DNA of 63,939 bases from an uncultured Bacteroidota bacterium (GCA_903821975.1 CAIJNJ010000021.1:1-63939), one strand, 5' to 3'. Counted from the stretch's first letter, positions 1 through 10,060 are shown. Translations and numbers: made by a program. Notes: generated by a model not told the origin, from the sequence alone.

Positions 1-1786
1 GCGGGTTCATATCCACCAGCGGGAACCAACTGCTTTGTATCTGCACCATTATGCGGTGCCCCTTCTTAAAGGTATGTGCCACATCTCCTATCTTAAAGGA
101 AACCGGTGTTATTTTACCCGGCACAAATGGTTCCGGCTTTTCCAGGCTATAACGGTATTTCCCCCGCATAACCTCTCCATGTACCAGCATCTCATAACCA
201 CCCATTGGGTATTTTAATACGGTCTCGGTATCATCATAAATGTTCACAAAATTATAAGAAAGGCTATCGGGGAAAACATCGATGAGTTTCACCACGAAGT
301 CCGCATCAGTGGTGGAAATAGATGCCTGTAGTGATGCAATAACATTTCCGGTAAGCGTAATATCCGATTCCAGCAGTTCCGTTTTAAAGGTGATCACATC
401 CGGCCTGCGCTCGGCAAATCGCTGGTCGTCGGTCATATAGTTGCGCGTACGGTTAAAATGTACATCCTGCGTATAAGGTACCGGCCTGTGCGGATCACTT
501 ATGTATTCACTATAACTGCTCGTTGACTTAGGCGCTTTAAAATCCAGTTGTTCATCACTCTGAAGGTATAAACGCTCATCCTTCTTAGCGGCAGGCGGCC
601 ATTGGCCAAAGCTCTTCCATTCATTGGTTCCGGTAATAAAAATCGTTGCCTTCGCTAAGGTCGACAGATCACCCTCTCCTTTCAGGAAATAATTAAAAAA
701 AGGAACTTCTACATTTTGCTGGTACCATGTGGCTGTGTTGCTTCCGAACTTTATGTTGCCCATGTGCGTACCATCCTTATTGTCCCATTGCCCATGGTAC
801 CAAGGGCCCATCACCAGTTTATTGAATGCCTTGCCCGGATTATTTTTCTCAGCAGTAAGATATCCGTTCCATGCACCCCAGTTGTCTTCGGCATCGAAGG
901 TGCCGCCTACCCACAACATAGCCGGTTGCAGGTCTTTTGTAGCCTTGCGCGCATCTCTGTCTTTCCACCACGCATCATAATCGGGGTGGTTTATCAGGTC
1001 TTTCCAGAAGCTGATACTGTCACCGGTCAGGCTTGTCAGTAATGGCAGCGGCTCATGCTCCAGGTAAAATTTATAATTATCATGAATTGGGTAAGGTTTC
1101 GCAACCGGTGGAACAGAAGTAGGGTGTGGATGAGGCACCCCAAATCCTAATCCAAAGGGGGTATCATAATCAAACTCATCCATCATGAAAAAAGCCCCGT
1201 TATGGTGATCATCATCACCTACATACCAATCGATACATGGCGCTTGCGGGCTCACCGCTACCAATGCCGGGTGGTGGCTTGCCGCCGCCATGATCGCATA
1301 AAATCCGGGATACGAGATACCGTATATACCCACTTTACCATTGTTATGGGGTATGTTTTTTACTAGCCAGTCTATGGTGTCATAGCTATCTGTACTCTCA
1401 TCAACACATTTCGGGTTTTTCTTGGCCGGATTGCAGGGCCGCAGGTCCATATATTCGCCCTCGCTCATCCACTTGCCACGCACGTCCTGTATTACCAGTA
1501 TGTAGTTCTCATCAACATACGCTTTTTGATAAGTGCTCCAGAAGTCCATTAACGTATCCTGTCCGTATGGTGCACAGGAATAAGGCGTGCGCTGCATCAG
1601 GATAGGGTGATCCTCGGCATTATTTTTGGGTATATATATGCACGTAAATAACTTCACGCTGTCGCGCATAGTTATATACTGCTCCAGTTTTGTATAGTGC
1701 CGCGCCATTAAAAGGCTGTCACTTCGCTTGGCGTAAGCAGGTATTACAGATAATAAACAGATCAAACAGGATAAAAGTATTTTCAT
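1..1786 (-). CDS. CocE/NonD family hydrolase (peptidase S15 / glutaryl-7-ACA acylase-like), secreted; runs off the left edge
   Basis: Not in the ORF track because it has no stop in the window. Manual translation from ATG 1786 gives MKILLSCLICLL...YITMRDSVKLFT...PILMQRTPY...QDVRGKWMSEG...GIYGISYPGFY, with the GxSYxG nucleophile motif. Confidence 0.9.
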   Translation of the reverse strand, partial: MKILLSCLICLLSVIPAYAKRSDSLLMARHYTKLEQYITMRDSVKLFTCIYIPKNNAEDHPILMQRTPYSCAPYGQDTLMDFWSTYQKAYVDENYILVIQDVRGKWMSEGEYMDLRPCNPAKKNPKCVDESTDSYDTIDWLVKNIPHNNGKVGIYGISYPGFYAIMAAASHHPALVAVSPQAPCIDWYVGDDDHHNGAFFMMDEFDYDTPFGLGFGVPHPHPTSVPPVAKPYPIHDNYKFYLEHEPLPLLTSLTGDSISFWKDLINHPDYDAWWKDRDARKATKDLQPAMLWVGGTFDAEDNWGAWNGYLTAEKNNPGKAFNKLVMGPWYHGQWDNKDGTHMGNIKFGSNTATWYQQNVEVPFFNYFLKGEGDLSTLAKATIFITGTNEWKSFGQWPPAAKKDERLYLQSDEQLDFKAPKSTSSYSEYISDPHRPVPYTQDVHFNRTRNYMTDDQRFAERRPDVITFKTELLESDITLTGNVIASLQASISTTDADFVVKLIDVFPDSLSYNFVNIYDDTETVLKYPMGGYEMLVHGEVMRGKYRYSLEKPEPFVPGKITPVSFKIGDVAHTFKKGHRIMVQIQSSWFPLVDMNP

Positions 1787-2016
1787 TAAGATCTTGGTGC
1801 TTTTATAACTTGATGAAATATAGCAACTAAATAATCATTCCACAAAAGTATATTCTCCAGGTTTGTAAGCGGCACATGGTAAATGGCATATAGAATTATC
1901 TTTAACATAGACTTGGCAAGACCATCATTAATAGCCCTTTATAACTTGTTATTTGTTGGTAAATTTGAATTTCGATTTCGTCCATTTGGTGTAGGTTTGT
2001 TTATTAAGTGTGTTTC

Positions 2017-4671
2017 ATGCGGTTAAAAGGGGTTTTATTACTGTTTCTTGGTCTTTTCTGTACGTATAGTTCATTTTCTCAATCCCAGAATGAACTGACA
2101 CAGTCGCGCATTCTCATTTTGCTCGATGAGTCATCCAGTATGATACAAAAATGGCCCAGCGGTAAGGAAAAATATAAGGCCGCCGATGAGCTCATCCTTC
2201 GCCTTATGGATAGCATCTATGCCATAAATAACGAAGTAGAATTCTCGCTCCGCGTTTTTGGGCACCAATACACGGTAGAGCAGGATAACTGCTACGACAC
2301 AAAAAGCGAAGTAGCTTTCAGTAAAGACAACAGGACCCAAATGGCCCTCCGTCTTGAGGATATACACCCGCTTGGTGTCACCCCCATTGCCTATGCTCTC
2401 TTGCAGGCAGCAAAATTCGACCTCGTAGATGAAGACCGGAATGCTTACAGCATCATACTCATTACGGACGGTGGCGAAAGCTGTGGCGGCGATATCTGCG
2501 AAGTGATGAAAAAGCTTATGAAGTACAAGGTGTACTTCAAACCCTACATTGTAAGCCTTGAAGATGACGCAAGCCTTAAAGTTACTTACGCATGCATGGG
2601 CGATTACCTGCAGGTAACAAAAGATGCGGATATGCCCAAAGCCGTTACAACAATCGTTAATGCCTTTCGCCCGGCAATTAAGATCACCAAGGCAGAATAT
2701 AAAGAACTACAGACATTGGCTGCCAATGTACCAAGCGCACTAAAGGTGAATATCCCTGTAATTAAAACAACGGAGCCCACCCAGGAGAAACCCGTAAAAA
2801 AAGAATCAGGCGAATCAGTAATTACCAAGCCGGTAAAGACAGCTAAGGATACCATTACCAAAGTGATCGTAAAAGAAACACCAAAGCCTGCCCCCAAACA
2901 CGATACAACGGCCGTACCCAAACCGGTGACGAAGATCAAGATGGACGAAGCGCCTGTAAAGCCACCACCCGAAAACATCCCGCGTCTTGCGCTTGGTGCG
3001 AGAGCCATGCTTTTCACGCCGGTATCATCTACAAAAGGGCTGCGTCAGATGCCTGTTCCTACAATTGAAATAATAGTGATACCGGAGCCGGAAAACATTA
3101 CAACCGTTTCTTACGCCCAGCCTAAAGAGCTACGCACACCAGTATATGCACAGCAGTCCATGAGAACAATACCCGTTTCTCCTGTTGACATAGTTGTTGC
3201 CCCCGAGCCTGAGCATATCGCTGTGCTAAACCCTGCACGTGCAAAAATGGTCAGCACACCTGTTTCTGCACAGCAAAAAATGGAACCCGTATTTGCATCA
3301 GCTCCTAAAATTCAGGAAGCATCCGAGCCTATGCAGATAAAACCCGTATCTGTAATACACCCCGCACCACCGGTTGCAAAAGGAATGGACTTCATTGCCG
3401 CAGCGCCTACACCAGAGATCAAAGCGGAAGCGACAATAACACAGGAGAAGATAAAGCACGTATCATTAACCACAGTCAGCACATTTGCAATAACACTGCC
3501 GGGCACCAAAAAAATGGAGACCATCAGGTCGCTGGCGGTGCCGGATATTGATGTTCCTGCAACCGCTACCCCCGAAACCATTTCGCATACCAAAGTGGTG
3601 AAGCCAACCGATCTCGCTACAAGCCCCCCAACTGCAAGTAAGCCCGCCGCCCGCCCTATACCATCCTCACCGCCCGTGGTAACGGAGACGCCACCCGTTG
3701 CTGCACCTAAGGCAGAGAAGATAGCCCGTGTGCAGATACTGCCACCCAGCACGCGCCATATGATATTCGTAATTGCAGACCAGGCCATTGTGCAGCGCAG
3801 GCCGCCGGAATTGCCACCACTTAAAATTGACATTCCTAAAACCCCCGTCCCCAAAGGAACCCCCATACCGTTAAAGGAAACCAGTGCACCGTTTAAGCCG
3901 GCGACATATACAATAGACGCCACAGAAGATGCTAAGGAGACTACGGTGGAGATATACCTCACTAACGGTCATGGCAAGCTCTTCACATCTACCCCGCAGA
4001 TGCTGCTGCTGGAACCCGTTACCAATAGTGTGATGAAGACATTTTACCGCACCGTTGATGGCAGCGGTAACCCCGACCCCATCACCAATATTCCCGTAGG
4101 CACTTACAACATTTCACTCTCCGCGAAGAGGGTACTGGGCCTCAGGAACGTAAAGATCGAGCAGAACAAGAGGAACAAGATCACCGTTACGATACCCCCT
4201 ACAAGCCTCAGCTTTCAGTATGCCGGCGCGCCTGATCGCCCTGTAGTCGAGTTTGTGGCAAGGGTGATAGAGCGCAATAAAGCACAGGGACGCGTGCAGG
4301 ACCAGAAGTGCAATGCCCGCCTGGAATACGATCCCGGTAATTATCACATCATGATAAACACCTTCCCGCAGATAGACCGTAATGAAGAGATCGATTTCTT
4401 CGAATCTGTGATCACCATACCGCAACCCGGTTTTGCAAAATTCATCTTCGATCCTAAATTAGCTACCTCGGTTCTCTATAAACAGGATGGCGATAAATTC
4501 GGCCCTTTTCATACCCTGAATATGAAAGACGTGGCCACACAGCCGCTGAGAATGCAGCCCGGCGAATACCAGGTGCACTACCGCAAAGGTCCCGGCGGCC
4601 CATCCGTTTCAGAGAAAGTGAAGATATTCTTCATAAAAGCAACCGAGACCACAACCGTAGAACTCGACTAA
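2017..4671 (+). CDS. Secreted von Willebrand factor A (VWA) domain protein with long Pro-rich repeat stalk and C-terminal beta domains
   Basis: Signal peptide; MIDAS motif LLDESSSM, G-T-P-I-A and ITDGGESCGGD. ATG 2017 preferred over GTG 2008. Confidence 0.85.
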   Translation: MRLKGVLLLFLGLFCTYSSFSQSQNELTQSRILILLDESSSMIQKWPSGKEKYKAADELILRLMDSIYAINNEVEFSLRVFGHQYTVEQDNCYDTKSEVAFSKDNRTQMALRLEDIHPLGVTPIAYALLQAAKFDLVDEDRNAYSIILITDGGESCGGDICEVMKKLMKYKVYFKPYIVSLEDDASLKVTYACMGDYLQVTKDADMPKAVTTIVNAFRPAIKITKAEYKELQTLAANVPSALKVNIPVIKTTEPTQEKPVKKESGESVITKPVKTAKDTITKVIVKETPKPAPKHDTTAVPKPVTKIKMDEAPVKPPPENIPRLALGARAMLFTPVSSTKGLRQMPVPTIEIIVIPEPENITTVSYAQPKELRTPVYAQQSMRTIPVSPVDIVVAPEPEHIAVLNPARAKMVSTPVSAQQKMEPVFASAPKIQEASEPMQIKPVSVIHPAPPVAKGMDFIAAAPTPEIKAEATITQEKIKHVSLTTVSTFAITLPGTKKMETIRSLAVPDIDVPATATPETISHTKVVKPTDLATSPPTASKPAARPIPSSPPVVTETPPVAAPKAEKIARVQILPPSTRHMIFVIADQAIVQRRPPELPPLKIDIPKTPVPKGTPIPLKETSAPFKPATYTIDATEDAKETTVEIYLTNGHGKLFTSTPQMLLLEPVTNSVMKTFYRTVDGSGNPDPITNIPVGTYNISLSAKRVLGLRNVKIEQNKRNKITVTIPPTSLSFQYAGAPDRPVVEFVARVIERNKAQGRVQDQKCNARLEYDPGNYHIMINTFPQIDRNEEIDFFESVITIPQPGFAKFIFDPKLATSVLYKQDGDKFGPFHTLNMKDVATQPLRMQPGEYQVHYRKGPGGPSVSEKVKIFFIKATETTTVELD

Positions 4672-4675
4672 AACA

Positions 4676-5128
4676 ATGAACATCTCCGTCTCACATATCA
4701 CCTCAGCATCTCCGCGCTATCAGGAAGTATGGGATCTGCGCGAAGAGATACTCCGCAAACCCCTCGGCCTGTCGCTGAAGAACGAAGACATGAGCCGCGA
4801 CCACCGCAACACCATCTTCATTGCCGAGCATGAAGGCGTCATCATCGGCTGTGTGCTTATGGAGCCTATAGACACCGATACTGCCCAGTTACGCGCCATG
4901 GCCGTATACAACGAATGGCAGGGCAAAGGCATCGGCAGGCTGCTGGTACAGGCCCTTGAAAAATACGCCGCACAGAACGGCTACAAAAAAGTGATCCTTC
5001 ACGCCCGCAAAGTGATACACGAATTCTACAAAAGCATGGACTACGACATCATCGGCCCCGAATTCACTGAAGTAGGTATACCCCACCTAAATATGGAGAA
5101 GGGTCTGAACCTTGATTCGCTTGATTAA
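4676..5128 (+). CDS. GNAT family N-acetyltransferase (ElaA/YjcF-like)
   Basis: QLRAMAV..WQGKGIG acetyl-CoA motif; LHAR...FY; FTEVGIPH. Confidence 0.9.
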   Translation: MNISVSHITSASPRYQEVWDLREEILRKPLGLSLKNEDMSRDHRNTIFIAEHEGVIIGCVLMEPIDTDTAQLRAMAVYNEWQGKGIGRLLVQALEKYAAQNGYKKVILHARKVIHEFYKSMDYDIIGPEFTEVGIPHLNMEKGLNLDSLD

Positions 5129-5212
5129 GAGATTGCCTTGAAAAGAAATCCGGATCACGGTAATCCTTAAATCCAATGTCATTCTGAGCGAAGTCGAAGA
5201 ACCGGTTCAGAC
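5103..5212. repeat. MITE-like element with GTCTGAACC...GGTTCAGAC terminal inverted repeats and an internal REP-like unit
   Basis: 9-bp inverted repeat at 5103-5111 and 5204-5212. The first 14 nt match the reverse complement of 50287-50300. Internal GTCATTCTGAGCGAAGTCGAAGAA at 5178-5201. Confidence 0.65.
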
Positions 5213-5304
5213 GATTTAATGTGCTTTTAGGTTTTCACTTTTGACCTTTACCTTATAGTCTGGCAACCTGCTTTTTTACTTTTTAATTTTTGCTCTTTAC
5301 TTTT

Positions 5305-8208
5305 TTAATGTGCTTCCAGCCAGTTATTCCCCTTGCCGGTTTCTACGTTCAGCGGCACATCGTGCGGTAGCTTCATGGCGTTGCTCATGCCGGTCTTTAT
5401 CATTTGCTGGGCTTCTTCCACCTCGTCCAGCGGCACGTCAAATACAAGCTCATCATGTACCTGCAGTATCATGCGTGTGCGCATACCGCGTTTCACTATC
5501 TCGCGGTGTATAGTGATCATGGCCAGCTTTATCATATCTGCGGCCGTGCCCTGTATGGGCATGTTTATGGCGTTGCGCTCTGCATAGCCGCGCACCGTAA
5601 AGTTGGCGCTGTAGATGTCCTTCAGCCAGCGCTTGCGGCCCATCACCGTTTCCACGTAGCCGTGTTCTTTGGCAAAGTTTATGGAGCGGTCCATGTACTG
5701 CTTTATGGATGAGTACTGCGTAAAGTAATTATCTATGATCGTTTTAGCCTCCGTGCGGCTCACCCCTATATTCTCCGCCAGCCCGAAAGCCGACTGCCCG
5801 TAGATGATACCGAAGTTCACGGCCTTTGCCGCGCGGCGCATCGCCCCGGTCACCTCGCTTTCGGCCACGCCATATACTTTGGCAGCGGTAGCGGTATGTA
5901 TGTCTTTGTTTTCCTTGAATGCCGCTATCATATTCTCATCGCCGCTTATGGCCGCCACTATGCGCAGCTCTATCTGCGAGTAGTCGGCCGATACCAGCGT
6001 AAAACCATCCCCGCGGCTTATGAACGCCCTGCGTATCTCCCGCCCGCGGTCTGTGCGTATGGGTATGTTCTGCAGGTTCGGGTTATTGCTGCTCAGCCTG
6101 CCCGTTACCGCTACAGCCTGGTTAAAGCTCGTGTGCAGCCTGCCCGTCTTCGGGTTTATCAGGTCGGGCAGGGAGTCTACGTAAGTGCTCTTCAGCTTGG
6201 TAAGCTCGCGGTAGGCAAGTATGGCTTCCACCACCTGGTGCTTGTTACGCAGCTTCTGCAACACGTCTTCACCTGTGGCATACTGCCCTGTCTTGGTCTT
6301 CTTCTGCCCCGCATCTATCTTCATCACTTCAAACAGCACCTCGCCCAACTGCTTCGGTGAACCGATGTTAAACTTCACGCCTGCATGGTTGTATATATTC
6401 TCCTCGGCCAGTTTTATATCTACTTCCAGTAATTTCGAATACTCCCGCAGAAAAGGCACATCCAGCCCTACGCCTTCATACTCTATATCTATAAGCACCG
6501 GCACCAGCGGATTTTCCACCTCGTCAAACACCCGCTTCACGTCCTTTTCCAGCAGCATCGGGTCAAAGGCTTTTTTCAGTTGCAGTGTTATGTCCGCATC
6601 CTCTGCGGCGTATTCCTTCACCGCTTCCAGCGGCGCTTCGCGCATAGATGTCTGTCCCTTGCCCTTCTTGCCTATCAGTGTTTCTATGCTCACGGGGGCG
6701 TAGCTCAGGTATTTCATGCTCAGCATATCCATGCTGCGCTTGCCATCAGGGTCTATCACATAGTTGGCCAGCATGGTATCGTATATGGGCCCTTTCAGGC
6801 TATAGCCATACCACTTCAGCATCATCATATCATACTTTATGTTTTGCCCCACCCACAGTATATCCGGTGTTTCAAACAGCGGCCTGAAACGCTCCAGTAC
6901 CTTTATCACACCCGCCCTGTCCTCGGGCACACTCACAAACCACGCCACGCCCTGCTCGTAGCAAAAACTCAGCCCCACCAGGTCGGCAAGGTTGGCATCT
7001 ATATTTGTGGTCTCGGTATCAAAGGCTATTTCTTTTTTACCCGCAAGGTGCGCCAGCAGCTCCGTTATCTCCTCATCCGTTTGCACCAGCGTATACACAT
7101 GCGGCACCTGCTCCAGCGTAGTAAGGTTTGCCGGCAGATTATCTAAATTCTCATCACTGCCATCTGCCTCAGCCATCAGCCCCTCTGTCTCTGCCTCCTG
7201 CTTCCTGCCTCCTGCCTTCTGCGCCACCGGGTTGCCAAACAAGTCCAAACTGCGGCCACTATCTGCCCCCTGCTTACTGCCTTCTGCCTTCTGCCCCTGC
7301 CATATATCCTGCGCCTCACCTGCAGTGCCCAGTACCCGCTTACTCAGCCCCCTGAACTCCAGCTCGTCAAACACCTGCTTTATGGCCTCTGCATTTTTTT
7401 CCTTCACCCTGAAGTCCTCTTCATGAAAAGGCACCGGCACATTCGTAATTATCGTGGCCAGTTTCTTGCTCATCAGCGCCAGGTCTTTGCCGTTGCGTAT
7501 CTTCTCGCCCAGCGCGCCCTTTATTTTGTCCGCGTTGGCCAGTATGTTCTCTATATTGTCATATTCCGCCAGCAGCTTTGCGGCGGTCTTTTCGCCCACG
7601 CCCGGTATGCCCGGTATGTTGTCTACCGCGTCGCCCATCAGGCCCAGCATATCCACCACCTGGTCCACCCGCTTGATGCCCCACTTTTCGCACACCTCTT
7701 TTTCACCCAGCACCGCCTGGTCGCTGAATGCGCTTTTGGGTTTGTAGATGAACACCTTTTCCCTCACCACTTGCCCGTAGTCTTTATCCGGCGTTACCAT
7801 GTATACGGTATAGCCGAGGTCTGCGGCTTCCAGTGCCAGGCTGCCTATAATGTCATCGGCCTCGTAGCCATCCAGCTCCAGGCACGGCAGGTTAAAACCC
7901 TTTATGATGCGCTTTATATCCGGCACCGCCGCGCTCAGGTCTTCAGGCGTTTCCTGCCGGTTGGCCTTGTAATCTGCAAAGTCCGTATGGCGCTCTGTGG
8001 GTGCGCCCGTGTCAAACACCACCGCCAGGTGCGTAGGTTTTTCCTTGTTCAGCAGCTCCAGTAGTGTATTCGTAAATCCGAACTGTGCATTCGTATTCTT
8101 CCCCTTGGTGGTAAGGCGCGGGTTGCGTATCAGCGCATAATACGCCCTGAATATCAGCGCAAACGCATCCAGCAAAAACAGTTTCTTTTCGGGATTATTT
8201 TCAGACAT
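5305..8208 (-). CDS. polA: DNA polymerase I
   Basis: 5'-3' exonuclease (LLDA, YEADD, DNIPG), 3'-5' exonuclease (FDTET, YAAEDAD), polymerase motifs ADYSQIELR, RRAAKAVNFGIIYG and QVHDELV. Confidence 0.99.
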   Translation of the reverse strand: MSENNPEKKLFLLDAFALIFRAYYALIRNPRLTTKGKNTNAQFGFTNTLLELLNKEKPTHLAVVFDTGAPTERHTDFADYKANRQETPEDLSAAVPDIKRIIKGFNLPCLELDGYEADDIIGSLALEAADLGYTVYMVTPDKDYGQVVREKVFIYKPKSAFSDQAVLGEKEVCEKWGIKRVDQVVDMLGLMGDAVDNIPGIPGVGEKTAAKLLAEYDNIENILANADKIKGALGEKIRNGKDLALMSKKLATIITNVPVPFHEEDFRVKEKNAEAIKQVFDELEFRGLSKRVLGTAGEAQDIWQGQKAEGSKQGADSGRSLDLFGNPVAQKAGGRKQEAETEGLMAEADGSDENLDNLPANLTTLEQVPHVYTLVQTDEEITELLAHLAGKKEIAFDTETTNIDANLADLVGLSFCYEQGVAWFVSVPEDRAGVIKVLERFRPLFETPDILWVGQNIKYDMMMLKWYGYSLKGPIYDTMLANYVIDPDGKRSMDMLSMKYLSYAPVSIETLIGKKGKGQTSMREAPLEAVKEYAAEDADITLQLKKAFDPMLLEKDVKRVFDEVENPLVPVLIDIEYEGVGLDVPFLREYSKLLEVDIKLAEENIYNHAGVKFNIGSPKQLGEVLFEVMKIDAGQKKTKTGQYATGEDVLQKLRNKHQVVEAILAYRELTKLKSTYVDSLPDLINPKTGRLHTSFNQAVAVTGRLSSNNPNLQNIPIRTDRGREIRRAFISRGDGFTLVSADYSQIELRIVAAISGDENMIAAFKENKDIHTATAAKVYGVAESEVTGAMRRAAKAVNFGIIYGQSAFGLAENIGVSRTEAKTIIDNYFTQYSSIKQYMDRSINFAKEHGYVETVMGRKRWLKDIYSANFTVRGYAERNAINMPIQGTAADMIKLAMITIHREIVKRGMRTRMILQVHDELVFDVPLDEVEEAQQMIKTGMSNAMKLPHDVPLNVETGKGNNWLEAH
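7191..7297. repeat. Two in-frame CTGCYYY heptamer arrays inside the polA interdomain linker
   Basis: ctgcctc ctgcttc ctgcctc ctgcctt ctgcgcc (7191-7225) and ctgcccc ctgctta ctgcctt ctgcctt ctgcccc (7263-7297). Confidence 0.75.
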
Positions 8209-8550
8209 ATGCTAAAGGTAATTCAAAAGTCAAAATTCAAAAGTGAAAATCGGGATGTTGTGGGTGTGGAATGGCCCATTTTCCAGAAAATTTTTTTCTC
8301 CCATGGTTTTATTGATGATCAATGAATTAGCGAGTGGATGAAATGTACAGATACAACGTTTGCCTTGTTGTGCCTAAACCATATTTAACGAGTTTTCCGT
8401 TAGAGTTTCGGGATAAAATAATGACACTGAATAGTTTTGTAGAACATATAAGTTCAATGCGTTGATATTGTAAGTCCTCAAAGACGCAGGCATCTAATTT
8501 TCTGTTTTGTATAAACTGAAAGAATGATAATCAAGTAAATTTTCACAAAA

Positions 8551-9285
8551 TTATTCCACCAAAATTCTACGTAAATCATCCGCATCAGCAAGGTACACTT
8601 CTGCATTGGCCATAAGGCCCTTGGCGGTAATGAGCCCTGCAGCAAACTGCTGTATATCGGTCAGGCGGGCTACCAGAGTGAGACAGTATGGCACAGCGGC
8701 TACACCCGGTGCGCCCTCGCGGGTATCTTTGCAACCATAGTATATGCTCAGCGCTATGTACTTTATGTCATTGTCCTTAAACTCATCGAGCGCGGCAAGC
8801 GATGGCAGCAGGCAGTTCTCAAACGCCAGCTTAGCCACATGTTTCTCCGTCATTTTGCTGAGGTTGTAGGTGTCGCCATCTTTCACCGCCCATATATACA
8901 GGGCAAGAGCAGTATCGTTGTACATGCAAAACCGGTATGGCGCATCGGTATACAGGAACTCAGCGGCAACCGTGGTCTTGTTGGTAGTGGTAAGAAAGAA
9001 ATGGCGCAGCGGCGCGAAATGTTTCATCAGCAGCTCATCGCTATAGGTTTTGCTTTTAGGCATAGAGTCTATGTATAGCTCTATGTCCTTAATGATGGAG
9101 TTCACATCATGCGCCTGCGATGGGTCGGCAAGGCTTTGGGTAAAGAGCGGCAGATTTTGCTGTGCAGTAAGCATGCAGGCTTTGATGCCGGGCAGGTCGC
9201 GCTTAGGGGCCGCACCCCTCTTCTCCTGCGCCTGCACAGCAGTAAACAACAGTACACATGATACGAGTGTTAAGAACTTTTTCAT
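8551..9285 (-). CDS. Hypothetical secreted protein
   Basis: 244-aa ORF with Sec signal peptide ending AVQA-Q; no recognised domain. Confidence 0.75.
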   Translation of the reverse strand: MKKFLTLVSCVLLFTAVQAQEKRGAAPKRDLPGIKACMLTAQQNLPLFTQSLADPSQAHDVNSIIKDIELYIDSMPKSKTYSDELLMKHFAPLRHFFLTTTNKTTVAAEFLYTDAPYRFCMYNDTALALYIWAVKDGDTYNLSKMTEKHVAKLAFENCLLPSLAALDEFKDNDIKYIALSIYYGCKDTREGAPGVAAVPYCLTLVARLTDIQQFAAGLITAKGLMANAEVYLADADDLRRILVE

Positions 9286-9344
9286 GGAGCGTGTTTTTAC
9301 AAAATTAGTGAGATATTGTAATACATATAAAACTATGCCAGAGG

Positions 9345-9415
9345 CCTCTCCCCCTTCGACTAAGGCTCAGGACAGGCTTCGAGAGGGTGAGCCTGTGCCG
9401 GTAGGCAGGGTCGAA
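9345..9415. repeat. Composite REP-like cluster
   Basis: CCTTCGACTAAGGCTCAGGACAGG followed by an inverted TGAGCCTG..GTCGAA unit interrupted by TGCCGGTAGGCAGG. Confidence 0.6.
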
Positions 9416-9468
9416 TGAGCGCAGTATCCGTTCAAATTATTATCTTTGTTATAGAAAGGACGTAAAAA

Positions 9469-9699
9469 ATGGAATCTAATTCATGGAAAGACCGGATCAC
9501 AGTTGACCCAAAGCAATGCGGCGGGCGTCCCTGTATAAGGAACATGAGGATACGCGTGGTTGACATAATTGATCTACTGGCCTCCGGCCTTACCCAGGAC
9601 CAGGTGCTTGAGGAATTGCCCGACCTGGAGCGGGCAGATATTGAAGCCGCATTGAAGTATGTGAGCTATAAATTCGACCATCCTGTTCTTGCTGCTTAA
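9469..9699 (+). CDS. DUF433 family antitoxin (VapB45-like)
   Basis: RITVDPKQCGGRPCIRNMRIRV...LEELPDLERADIEAALKY signature; directly upstream of a PIN-like gene. Confidence 0.92.
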   Translation: MESNSWKDRITVDPKQCGGRPCIRNMRIRVVDIIDLLASGLTQDQVLEELPDLERADIEAALKYVSYKFDHPVLAA

Positions 9700-9715
9700 A
9701 TAATCCTTCCTCTAC

Positions 9716-10060
9716 ATGGAAATATGGATAGACGCACAACTTTCTCCCTCATTGGCATTGTGGATGAACCAACAATATGGTGACATCATTACGGCACATT
9801 CTGTTCGATCATTAGGCCTGCGGGATGCAGGGGATGAGGCCATTTTTCAGAAGGCTAAGAAGCAAAATGCAATGGTCATGAGCAAGGATGCAGATTTTGT
9901 AAAACTGCTAGAACGCTTCGGACCACCTCCGCAAATCATATGGATAACTTCTGGAAATACAAGTAATGCCAGAATGCGGGAGATACTGGAAAAGAATTTT
10001 TCAACGATCATCGCGATGCTCAACAATGGAGAGCGGCTGATTGAGATCGAAGGAAACTAA
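9716..10060 (+). CDS. DUF5615 PIN-like toxin (VapC45-like)
   Basis: IWIDAQLSP, LRDAGDEAIF, SKDADF and GPPPQIIW..GNTSN motifs. Confidence 0.9.
   Translation: MEIWIDAQLSPSLALWMNQQYGDIITAHSVRSLGLRDAGDEAIFQKAKKQNAMVMSKDADFVKLLERFGPPPQIIWITSGNTSNARMREILEKNFSTIIAMLNNGERLIEIEGN

Noticed and set aside
35-1042. Plus-strand ORFs at the left edge
   Set aside because: Antisense shadows of the minus-strand CocE/NonD gene.
5310-8064. Many long antisense ORFs over polA (also over gltX, ALDH, alaS, mgtE and the GT2 gene)
   Set aside because: Expected shadows from codon bias; no recognisable motifs or start signals.
8251-8550. Possible ncRNA or small gene upstream of polA
   Set aside because: AT-rich with no convincing ORF, stem set or known RNA motif by eye; a covariance-model search would be needed.
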